Shown here one piece after another: positions 1 through 7,908 of a stretch of 36,995 nucleotides of DNA. The stretch spans positions 1 through 36,995 of the forward strand of contig JAGVPR010000109.1 in the NCBI GenBank assembly GCA_020052115.1. The letters run 5' to 3'. The notes below the pieces were generated by a model that worked only from the letters and a program-made list of their open reading frames with translations, did not search any database and was not told the DNA's origin. The translations under genes were made by a program, and so were the position numbers. This DNA is from Candidatus Eiseniibacteriota bacterium. Its GTDB lineage: Bacteria; Eisenbacteria; RBG-16-71-46; JAGVPR01. Numbering within the stretch: position 1 is the stretch's first letter; each line of letters starts with the position of its first letter.

Positions 1-1
1 C

Positions 2-364
2 AACGGCAAGCCGACGGACTGCTACTCGTGCCATCAGCCGGAATACGCCCAGACGACGAACCCGGATCACCAGGCCGCCGGTTTCCCGACTCTCTGCACG
101 CAGTGCCACAACACGACGCAGTGGGAGGGCGCGACCTTCAATCACGATGCGCTCTACTTCCCGATCTACTCGGGGAATCACCGGGGGCGGTGGGATGAGT
201 GCGCGGACTGTCACTACAATGCCAACGATTTCGGCGATTTCTCATGCATCATCTGTCATGAGCACAGCGATCAGCAGCAGGTGGATCGTGACCACCAAGG
301 GGAGTCGGGTTACCAGTACGGCCCTCGTACATGCTACGACTGCCACCCGAGGGGATCGCATTGA
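2..364 (+). CDS. Multiheme cytochrome c, C-terminal fragment (5' truncated by window edge)
   Basis: Manual translation of frame +2, not in the ORF track: NGKPTDCYSCHQ...CTQCH...FNHDALYFPIYSGNHRGRWDECADCH...CIICHEH...CYDCHPRGSH*. Five CxxCH motifs and six additional His in 120 aa; stop TGA at 362-364. Confidence 0.95.
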   Translation, partial: NGKPTDCYSCHQPEYAQTTNPDHQAAGFPTLCTQCHNTTQWEGATFNHDALYFPIYSGNHRGRWDECADCHYNANDFGDFSCIICHEHSDQQQVDRDHQGESGYQYGPRTCYDCHPRGSH

Positions 365-1938
365 TGACAAGAATCAGGATGCTCCTGGTGCCGGCCGTGC
401 TGGCGGTTGTTCTCATCGCGTCCCTGTCCTCCGGCGGCGCCTCGGCCGCCGCCCCCACCGACAGCACGACGAGTCGCGTCCTGTACGTGACGGAAGGCGT
501 GGTCTACATAGACGCCGGTCGCGAGAAAGGACTGCGCGAGGGCGACATGATCCAGATCGTCCGGGGCGACTCCGTCGTTGCAGTCGCACATGTGACAGCA
601 CTTTCGAGCCGGGGCGCTGCCTGCGTGCGCATGCCGGGTGCCGGCCAGGTTGCGCCCGGCGACGTCGCGCGATTCGCGGAGCGGAATGAGGCTCGGCTCC
701 CAGAGTCCATAGCGCAGTCGGCACGCGGGCGAGTCCCCCGGCGAGCGTCGAATCCGCGCGGCCGTATCGGCGTCCGGATGCTGGCGATTCGCGACGGAAC
801 TGAGCCGCGCAGCGACATCTATCAACCGTCCATTGACGCCAGAATCAACGGCGCGCTATCCGACATGTTCGCGGTGGAGGTTGATCTTCGAGCCAGACAG
901 ACATACCGCCCGCAGGCCGAGGACGGGTCTCGCAACCTCACGCGCGTCCACCGGCTCGCGGTGGTGTGGCAGCGTCCCAATGCCCCCCTCAGGCTCACCG
1001 CTGGGCGGCTCTCGTCCCCTTCCCTCGCGACGGTCAGCGTGTTTGACGGAGGCCTCGCCGAATACAGGCGCAAGACGTGGAGCCTCGGTCTGTTCAGCGG
1101 AACCCAGCCAGAGCCCGAGACCTACGGATTGGACATGCACATCCGCGAACACGGGGGTTACGCCGAGCTTCGCGGGAGCCCCGGCGGCCGAGGGCGATAT
1201 GTCCTCACCGCAGGCGTCATCGGTTCGTATCAGAAGGGGCGCATCAATCGTGAATTCGGTTTCTTGCAGGCGCGGTATCTCGCACCGCGTTTCTCGGCGC
1301 ACTGGGCGCAGGAACTCGATGCGAACCGAAGCTGGAAGGCCGATGCGGGCGAACCCGCGCTGAGTCCGACAAGCACCTTCGCAAGCGCGCGCTACCGAGC
1401 TTTCGAGGCGCTCAGCTTCTCGTGCGGATACGACAACCGTCGCAACGTGCGTCTCTACCGCGATCAGGTCACGCCCGAGACGGAGTTCGATGACAGCTAC
1501 AGACAGGGGGTCTCGGGCGGCGCTGAGGTCCGGGTCTCGCGTTACAGCGCCTCGGCAGCGACGCGCTTCTCGCGCGGCGTATCTTCGGAGAAGACCGAAT
1601 CGCACACCTTTTCGGCCGAAGCCCGCTCCGTCACACGAATCGGCTTCACCATCGGCGGACGGAGCACGCGATTCGCGAGCTCCAGAGCCGAGGGGTGGCT
1701 CCACTCCGGCCACCTGGCCGTGCCGCTCGCCGGGACTCTCGGGGCCGACGTCGAGACGGGAATCCGGGACGAGCACGCTCGTCAGGCAGGACTCGATGGG
1801 TCGCGCCTCGTTTGGACCAGAGCGGATTTGACCGCAGCAATCGGACGCCGGTGGTTCGGGATCATCTCCGTGGAACGGGATGCCGGAGCGGGCGCCGATC
1901 AGATGCAGATCTACACAAGCCTGAGCTACAGGCTGTGA
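364..1938 (+). CDS. Predicted outer-membrane beta-barrel protein (putative porin partner of the cytochrome) with a small N-terminal beta domain
   Basis: ATG at 364 overlaps the cytochrome stop (TGATG). Signal peptide MTRIRMLLVPAVLAVVLIASLSSGGASA; many alternating amphipathic strands with aromatic ends; C-terminus IYTSLSYRL resembles a beta-signal; no CxxCH. Confidence 0.75.
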   Translation: MTRIRMLLVPAVLAVVLIASLSSGGASAAAPTDSTTSRVLYVTEGVVYIDAGREKGLREGDMIQIVRGDSVVAVAHVTALSSRGAACVRMPGAGQVAPGDVARFAERNEARLPESIAQSARGRVPRRASNPRGRIGVRMLAIRDGTEPRSDIYQPSIDARINGALSDMFAVEVDLRARQTYRPQAEDGSRNLTRVHRLAVVWQRPNAPLRLTAGRLSSPSLATVSVFDGGLAEYRRKTWSLGLFSGTQPEPETYGLDMHIREHGGYAELRGSPGGRGRYVLTAGVIGSYQKGRINREFGFLQARYLAPRFSAHWAQELDANRSWKADAGEPALSPTSTFASARYRAFEALSFSCGYDNRRNVRLYRDQVTPETEFDDSYRQGVSGGAEVRVSRYSASAATRFSRGVSSEKTESHTFSAEARSVTRIGFTIGGRSTRFASSRAEGWLHSGHLAVPLAGTLGADVETGIRDEHARQAGLDGSRLVWTRADLTAAIGRRWFGIISVERDAGAGADQMQIYTSLSYRL

Positions 1939-2092
1939 GCTAGCGGCCGGCCAGGCCGGCGGGGCAAGAAGTTCCGCAATCCACGCTCGCGGTGCGGGGC
2001 GCCGGTTCCTCGTGCCACCCCGACATGCCTCCCCGCCGGCGGTTCTCGCGCACCACGCAGCTCCGCATCATGATGATCCTCCGACTTTCTGC

Positions 2093-2118
2093 TGAACGCG
2101 CAGCCGCCACGCACCGTC
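2093..2118 (+). promoter_or_regulatory. Possible ECF-sigma promoter (TGAAC-N17-CGTC)
   Basis: GAAC at 2094-2097 and CGTC at 2115-2118, about 40 nt upstream of the ATG at 2159; matches the generic AAC...CGT ECF pattern. Confidence 0.3.
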
Positions 2119-2158
2119 AGAGCGACAGGAAGCCACCCCCATGGAAAGGAGATCCAAC

Positions 2159-2899
2159 ATGTTGCGGAGCCTCCGCTCGCCGGCCCACTGCATTCTCGCG
2201 ACGTGCCTTGCCTGTGCCGCGGTCCTCGTCGCGGGTCAGGTCCCGCCGGCGGCCGCCGGCGAACGGCCGACCAAGATCGAGCGCCAGATCACCGTTGCCG
2301 GGAAGATGATTGATGAGATGCTGGTGGACAGCCCGAACTTTCTCGTTTCCGGCCGAGAGCCCACCGATGGATTCGAGATCGAGGACATGGGCGCGCTGTT
2401 CGTGTTCGAAGCGTCCTTGACCGGACCCGAGTGGGACTCCGAGCACGGTTCGCACTCCTGGTTCTGGCCGTGGAAGAAGCACAATCGGGTCTTCGTGATC
2501 AACCGCGGGCACAAGAGAGAGATCCTCATGGACGGCGATCAGATCGTCATCAAGGATGGCGACGTCCACATCTCGGACGGCGGTAAGCTCCGCAAGCTCG
2601 ACGACAGCGAGTGGGACACGATGGACGAGAAGACCTATCGCGAGCGGGAGCTCGAGACATACGAGCGCGCCAAGGCGGAGTTGGTGGATGCGCTCCTGGA
2701 CTGCGGCGACATGCTGACCGCTCTGCCGCCCGGCCAGACGGTAAGGATCGAAGCACGGCTGCGGGAAATCGAGCTGCCCGGCGACCGCGAGGTGCGCCGG
2801 CTCACTGTGCGCGCGAAGAGCGACGATCTTCGCTCGTACTCTGATGGCCGGCTCTCCGAGACCGACATGCGCGCGCGCGTCGAGATCAAGGAGTCGTAG
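2159..2899 (+). CDS. Hypothetical exported protein
   Basis: Strong RBS (AAAGGAG) precedes the ATG at 2159; signal-peptide-like N-terminus ending PPAAA; GC3-biased codons; no recognised catalytic motif. Confidence 0.75.
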   Translation: MLRSLRSPAHCILATCLACAAVLVAGQVPPAAAGERPTKIERQITVAGKMIDEMLVDSPNFLVSGREPTDGFEIEDMGALFVFEASLTGPEWDSEHGSHSWFWPWKKHNRVFVINRGHKREILMDGDQIVIKDGDVHISDGGKLRKLDDSEWDTMDEKTYRERELETYERAKAELVDALLDCGDMLTALPPGQTVRIEARLREIELPGDREVRRLTVRAKSDDLRSYSDGRLSETDMRARVEIKES

Positions 2900-3026
2900 T
2901 TCCGGGCGGCCCGGGCTCTCTCGCTCGCCTTCCGCGAGGTCCGGGCCGCATCGGCCCCGCAAAGGCCTCGAAAGGAGAGAGCTAGCTCCGCTGGCGCTCT
3001 TTTCGCTGGATGACGGGCGCAACTTG

Positions 3027-3035
3027 TGGTAAAAT
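3027..3035 (+). promoter_or_regulatory. Extended -10 sigma70-type element (TGgTAAAAT) upstream of the M28 peptidase
   Basis: TG-N-TAAAAT about 55 nt upstream of the ATG at 3089, in an otherwise GC-rich region; -35 is poor. Confidence 0.5.
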
Positions 3036-3088
3036 CACTAGTTGCATGGTGCCCGGCAAGTCCGACCTTCAGCGTAGGGGGCATAGAC

Positions 3089-5581
3089 ATGAAGAACACG
3101 GTACCGCTCCTCATCCTGCTTCTGCTCGTCGTTCTCCCCGCCGTTGCGTTCACAGAGGCGCCGCAGCGGGCCCTCGTCGTCGTAGACGATCCAACGTCCG
3201 GCACGGCGGCCGCGCTTCTCGACTCGGGCATCCCTGTGGTGCGAGACATGGGGCGGTACTTGCTCGTGGCCGCCGAGGCGGCGGATCTTGGAAGGCTCGC
3301 CGGCATCTCTCCCCGCTGGCGGATCCTCGACAGCTCGATGGGGGCGAAGACCTACTACACGGTCACGCTCCGCGACGAGGCGCAAATCGCCGGGCTTCGG
3401 ACCCTCGCTCGCGTGCTGGCGGCCGATCGCTACGATGCGGTGGTCGAGGCTTCCGAGGCGGATGCTGCGGCCATCGTCGCCGCCGGCTACGATGTCGCCC
3501 GGGTGTTCATTCGGCCGGTGCGCCTGCCGCGCGACGCCAGCGAGGCGACCTCCACGGCCGCCAAGGTCGCCGACCCGATCATCCAGGGGATGGTCGGCGC
3601 GGTGAACGGCACCAATGTTGACGCCAACGTGCAGCGCCTCCAGAACTTCGTGACGCGCTACTGCACGACTGACAGCGCCCAGGCGGCCGCGAACTGGATC
3701 CAGTCGAAGTTCCTCTCGTTCGGGATCACCGACGTTCAGTTCGAGGCGATTCCCGGCGGCTACAAGCCGAACGTCGTCGCGACGATCCCGGGCACAGGGG
3801 ATCCCACGAAGATCATCGTGCTCGGCGCGCACTACGATTCGTACGCTCAGACCAACAACGCCCCCGGCGCGGACGACAACGCCTCGGGGACGTCCTGCGT
3901 CATCGAGACGGCGCGCATCCTGAGCCAGTATGAGTTCAACTACACGATCAAGTTCGTCGCATTCGGGGCCGAGGAGTTGGGTCTCTACGGCAGCGAGGCC
4001 TTCGCGGCCAACTCGGCCGCGCGCGGGGACGACATCCTCGCCGCGGTCTGCGTGGACATGATCGGCTACCTGGCCGGCGGCGACGTCCTGGACCTCGACA
4101 TCATCCGGAACACGAGTTCCCAGTGGATCCAGACGCTCGCGTTCCAGTGCGCGACCGACTACGTCCCCGGATTCGCGACCGTGAACGGCACGATCCCGGG
4201 AGGCGCGAGCAGCGATCATGCGTCGTTCTGGGCGCATGGATACGATTCGATCCTCTTCTTCGAAGACAGCGGGTCCTACAGTCCGTACATCCATACGACG
4301 AGCGACGTGGTCGGCACGAGCTACAACAGCCCGACGCTGGCGCGGAACTCGGTGAAGACGGCGGTCGGCCTCGTGGCCACCCTCGCCCAGCCGTTCGTGA
4401 TCGGCATCACGCACACGCCGCTGGCCGACACGGGGGATTCGGTCAATCCGTACCGCGTCGCCGCGACGATCACCGCGGCCGGCACGCTCAACCCCGACTC
4501 GCTCCTCGTGCGCTACGACACGGGCTCGGGGTTCCAGGCGGTTCAAATGACGCCCACCGGCACCGCGGACGAGTATGAAGCTCTCATCCCCGCCCAGGCG
4601 CCGGGGACGTTCGTGGACTACTACATCGTGGCCGAGGATACGAACGCCAACCGGAGAACCGATCCGGTGAATGCGCCGGCCACGGTGCACAGCTTCTTCG
4701 TGGGCACGCTGTCGGTCATCCTTGCCGATGATTTCGAGTCGGCGGGGAGCTGGACGGTCGGGGCGGCGGGCGACAACGCGACCACGGGTGTCTGGCAACG
4801 CGGGGATCCTCAGGGGACGACCACTGGAACCGCTCAGGTTCAGCCCGAGGATGACCACACCGGGGCGCCGGGCATCAACTGCTATGCCACGCAGCTCGCA
4901 GCCGGAACGAGCGTCGGCCAGTACGATGTTGACAACGGCAAGACGACTCTCCTCTCGCCGGTCTTCGATCTCTCCAGCTACACCGTGGCGTTCGTGTCGT
5001 ACTGGCGGTGGTACACGAACAGCCTCGGCTCCGGGGCCGGCGACGATTACTGGCAGGTCCAGGTGACGAACAACGGAACGACCTGGGTGGATCTGGAGTA
5101 CACCTTGGAGAACCGCAACTCCTGGGCGCAGTACTCCTTCCAGCTGCACCAGTACATCACGCTGACGGCGAACGTGCGCTTCCGGTTCATTGCAAGCGAC
5201 GTCAACCTCGCCTCGCTCGTCGAGGCGGCGGTGGACGATTTTTCGATCACCGGCTTCGAGCCCGTCATCTCGGTCGAGGAGGGTGGTGCGGACGCGCCGC
5301 GGCGTGTGATCTTGGCCGAGAGCCGTCCGAATCCGTTCAATCCGCGAACCGAGATCCGGTACTTCGTTCCCGCCCCGGGACAGAAGGTCACGCTGCGGAT
5401 CTACGATGTCTCCGGGCGCAAGGTGCGCTCACTCCTCCAGGGCGAGCGGGTTTCGGGCTGGAGCGCGACGGCCTGGAACGGCAACGACGAGGGCGGCGCT
5501 CCAGCGGCGTCGGGCGTGTATTTCTGCAGGCTCGAGGCGGGGAACAAGGTTCTCTCGAGGAGGCTCGTCCTTATCCGGTGA
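3089..5581 (+). CDS. Secreted M28-family metallopeptidase with Ig-like and jelly-roll accessory domains and a C-terminal FlgD-Ig/T9SS-like domain
   Basis: Signal peptide MKNTVPLLILLLLVVLPAVA; M28 zinc motifs GAHYDS, GADDNASG, AEELG, DMIG, SDH, YIHT; C-terminal PNPFNPRTEIRY...IYDVSGRKVRSL...WNG...SGVYFCRL. Confidence 0.92.
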   Translation: MKNTVPLLILLLLVVLPAVAFTEAPQRALVVVDDPTSGTAAALLDSGIPVVRDMGRYLLVAAEAADLGRLAGISPRWRILDSSMGAKTYYTVTLRDEAQIAGLRTLARVLAADRYDAVVEASEADAAAIVAAGYDVARVFIRPVRLPRDASEATSTAAKVADPIIQGMVGAVNGTNVDANVQRLQNFVTRYCTTDSAQAAANWIQSKFLSFGITDVQFEAIPGGYKPNVVATIPGTGDPTKIIVLGAHYDSYAQTNNAPGADDNASGTSCVIETARILSQYEFNYTIKFVAFGAEELGLYGSEAFAANSAARGDDILAAVCVDMIGYLAGGDVLDLDIIRNTSSQWIQTLAFQCATDYVPGFATVNGTIPGGASSDHASFWAHGYDSILFFEDSGSYSPYIHTTSDVVGTSYNSPTLARNSVKTAVGLVATLAQPFVIGITHTPLADTGDSVNPYRVAATITAAGTLNPDSLLVRYDTGSGFQAVQMTPTGTADEYEALIPAQAPGTFVDYYIVAEDTNANRRTDPVNAPATVHSFFVGTLSVILADDFESAGSWTVGAAGDNATTGVWQRGDPQGTTTGTAQVQPEDDHTGAPGINCYATQLAAGTSVGQYDVDNGKTTLLSPVFDLSSYTVAFVSYWRWYTNSLGSGAGDDYWQVQVTNNGTTWVDLEYTLENRNSWAQYSFQLHQYITLTANVRFRFIASDVNLASLVEAAVDDFSITGFEPVISVEEGGADAPRRVILAESRPNPFNPRTEIRYFVPAPGQKVTLRIYDVSGRKVRSLLQGERVSGWSATAWNGNDEGGAPAASGVYFCRLEAGNKVLSRRLVLIR

Positions 5582-5611
5582 GCACTCAGCGGTGAGAATG
5601 CGCAAAGCGGG

Positions 5612-5645
5612 GGAGGCGCTGGACAGACCGGCGCCTCCTTTCTTG
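5612..5645 (+). terminator. Intrinsic terminator after the M28 peptidase
   Basis: Stem GGAGGCGCTGG / CCGGCGCCTCC (one G-U pair) with a 5-nt loop, followed by TTTCTT. Confidence 0.75.
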
Positions 5646-5833
5646 TTGGTGCGCTTGCGGCGGCCGCCGGGCAGTATCCAACGCGCCATTGCAGGATGCA
5701 CGGCGCCGGGGTTCGCTCCAACCACAAAGGCGCAGATGAAGAAAGCGCCGCGGACTTCCGAAAGTCAAAGTTGAGTCACTCCTCGGGCCCCGCGGGATTC
5801 ACACCGCCGTCCGACATCGGTGCGGAGGTCCAG

Positions 5834-7525
5834 ATGCCCAACAGTAGTGATGCGAAGAAGATACTCATCGTGGATGACAGCGCCACCTCCATCGAGGCCA
5901 TGCGCGTCCTCCTGACCGGCGCGGGCCATGAGGTCGCGACGGGAAGGGACGGCATTGAGGGAATCACCTGCGCCTATCGGGATCATCCTGATCTCATCGT
6001 ATCCGACATCGTGATGCCGGAGCTCGACGGCTACCAGATGTGCCGGCTCCTGAAGTCGGATCCGTTGACGGGACACCTGCCGGTCATTCTCCTCACCGGT
6101 CTCAACGACCAACTCGATCGGTTCTGGGCCTCACAGGCGGGGGCTGATCTGTTCGTCGGGAAGAACGTGGCGCAGACGGAACTCCTCCCCGCGATCTCTA
6201 GGCTGCTTGCGACGGCAGCGCCGCGACCGCCATTCCTGACGTCTGGCGAACTACGCACGAAGCCGGACATGTCCGGCAGCGGCATTAAGTCCCGCGTCGC
6301 GCATCTTCTCGATAGACTTCTCTTCGACTCCACGGTCGTGAGCGGCCTGCGGCGCATCGGTCATCATTCGCAGGACCCTGCGACGCTGGCGGCGGAAGTG
6401 CTCGCCTTCCTCACCGCGCTTCTCGACTTCCGTCTGGCCGTTCTTACGCTCCCGTTGTTCCGTGGCGATGTGGACTATGTGATGGCCCGAGAGCCGGGCG
6501 CCGAGAACGATGTTGACGTGCTCGTTCAGGGAAGTCCGCGTTCAGAGACGGTGCGCCGGGAGATCGTCGCGTCGGGCGGGTTGGCGGGGAGCGAGGGACG
6601 AGGATCTCAGAAGGCGCGCCGTGGGCTCCACATCTGCCAGATCCCGCTCGAAGCTCGTGGCGAACCGTGCGGCGCGCTCTCTCTGATGCTGCGCGGCCAA
6701 CCGAAGGTGCACACGCAACTCGTCCTCGATCTCGTTCGGGAGGAGTTGTCGCTCGTAGCGGATTATCTTGTCCGCATGAATCGTCTCGAGGGTCTCCGCT
6801 CTGATTTCCAGGCGATGGTCGTCCACGATCTGCGCTCGCCGCTGTCGGGACTGCTCGAATCAGCAGAACTCCTGCTCAGCGAGGCAGCGGGACCCTTGAC
6901 CGAGGAGCAGCGGATGTTTCTGGATCTCAATCGCGACTCATCCCGCTCGATGCTGGGCCTCGTGAACGATCTCCTCGACCTGAGCAAGATCGAGGCTGGT
7001 CGCATGGAGCTTCGGCTCGATGATGTCGAACTGCTCGATCTCGCGGCCGAAGTGCTTCCTCTCTACCGTCTGCAGGCTGAGAAAGCCGGCTTGACCCTGC
7101 TCGATGAGCCATCAGCGCGGCCGGCGCTCTTCCGCGCGGACAAGGAGAAGCTCAAGCAACTGATGGGAAACTTGCTCTCGAATGCGATCAAGTTCACGCC
7201 CGTCGGCGGAACGGTTCGGTTCGGCTGGCGCGTGGAATCCGACACGGATGAATCCACGATGGAATTCTATGTGGCCGACACGGGAAGCGGAATCGCTGCG
7301 GACCAGATTCCGCTGCTGTTCGAGAAGTATCGGCAGACCGACACGGGGCGCCAGACCAAGGCCAAGGGCACGGGCCTGGGGCTCGCGATCTGCCGCAGCA
7401 TCGTGGAGGCGCATGAATGGACGATTGACGTCAAGAGCGAGGTTGGTCAGGGGACGATGTTCTCGATCCGGGTTCCTCTGCCGGTTCCTTCGCAGTCGGC
7501 CGGAGCTCTACCGCTCGCAGCCTGA
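5834..7525 (+). CDS. Hybrid sensor histidine kinase (N-terminal receiver, linker/GAF-like region, HisKA, HATPase)
   Basis: RBS GGAGG before the ATG at 5834; REC motifs LIVDD and SDIVMPELDG; H-box VHDLRSPL; N-box NLLSNAIKFT; G-boxes DTGSGI and GTGLGL. Confidence 0.92.
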   Translation: MPNSSDAKKILIVDDSATSIEAMRVLLTGAGHEVATGRDGIEGITCAYRDHPDLIVSDIVMPELDGYQMCRLLKSDPLTGHLPVILLTGLNDQLDRFWASQAGADLFVGKNVAQTELLPAISRLLATAAPRPPFLTSGELRTKPDMSGSGIKSRVAHLLDRLLFDSTVVSGLRRIGHHSQDPATLAAEVLAFLTALLDFRLAVLTLPLFRGDVDYVMAREPGAENDVDVLVQGSPRSETVRREIVASGGLAGSEGRGSQKARRGLHICQIPLEARGEPCGALSLMLRGQPKVHTQLVLDLVREELSLVADYLVRMNRLEGLRSDFQAMVVHDLRSPLSGLLESAELLLSEAAGPLTEEQRMFLDLNRDSSRSMLGLVNDLLDLSKIEAGRMELRLDDVELLDLAAEVLPLYRLQAEKAGLTLLDEPSARPALFRADKEKLKQLMGNLLSNAIKFTPVGGTVRFGWRVESDTDESTMEFYVADTGSGIAADQIPLLFEKYRQTDTGRQTKAKGTGLGLAICRSIVEAHEWTIDVKSEVGQGTMFSIRVPLPVPSQSAGALPLAA

Positions 7526-7568
7526 GCGGCGCGGGTTGCGCGGGGTTTCCGCAAGCAGGGGCAAGCGC

Positions 7569-7874
7569 TCAGCGTTCGCCGGACAGCTCCTGGGCGAGCC
7601 CGCCGGCGGTCCAGAACGCAGTGATGGATCGGGGCGCGCCGCAGAAGAGAACCCGACCCCCGCGGCGTTGCGTCGCCCGCCTGAGCGCCAGCAAGATCTG
7701 TGTGGCGGAGGTGTCTATCGCCGTCGCCGCGTGCAGATGGATGCTGACCTCGTTGCCACCGCTCTTCGCGGCCTCTCTCGCGGCGTCGTGCAGCGACGCT
7801 GAGTCGAAGATGTCAACAGTGCCGGAGAGCAGCAGAACGCAGCCGGCATCCGATGTCATGTACTCAGCTGGCAT
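7569..7874 (-). CDS. STAS-domain protein (chemotaxis-operon associated)
   Basis: 101 aa; LSGTVDI and AIDTSATQILL resemble STAS_2; RBS AGGAGG; last gene of the che operon. Confidence 0.8.
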   Translation of the reverse strand: MPAEYMTSDAGCVLLLSGTVDIFDSASLHDAAREAAKSGGNEVSIHLHAATAIDTSATQILLALRRATQRRGGRVLFCGAPRSITAFWTAGGLAQELSGER

Positions 7875-7908
7875 GATTTCCGGCCTCCTTTGACCGGCCG
7901 CAACCCGC

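Noticed and set aside
331-363. Longest-ORF starts from the track (331, 2141, 3026, 5696, 9063, 10977, 18259, 31272, 32042, 32775, 36458)
   Set aside because: Downstream starts have better RBSs, stop/start overlaps or signal peptides; the extensions overlap neighbouring genes or promoters.
3038-5149. Long antisense or alternative-frame ORFs (e.g. 3038-5149, 10881-12380, 18703-20496, 29792-31282, 32958-34619)
   Set aside because: They overlap well-supported genes, are Arg/Pro/Gly-rich without motifs, and are expected shadow ORFs in high-GC DNA.
5590-5645. GCAAAG-containing segment upstream of the hybrid kinase as a c-di-GMP riboswitch
   Set aside because: The two-stem GEMM architecture is not present; a simple terminator hairpin explains the region.
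7588-7597. CTCCTGGGCG match to the tRNA-Arg 3' end as a possible att site
   Set aside because: Only 10 bp, inside a coding sequence, also seen near 5119, and no integrase is present; consistent with chance.
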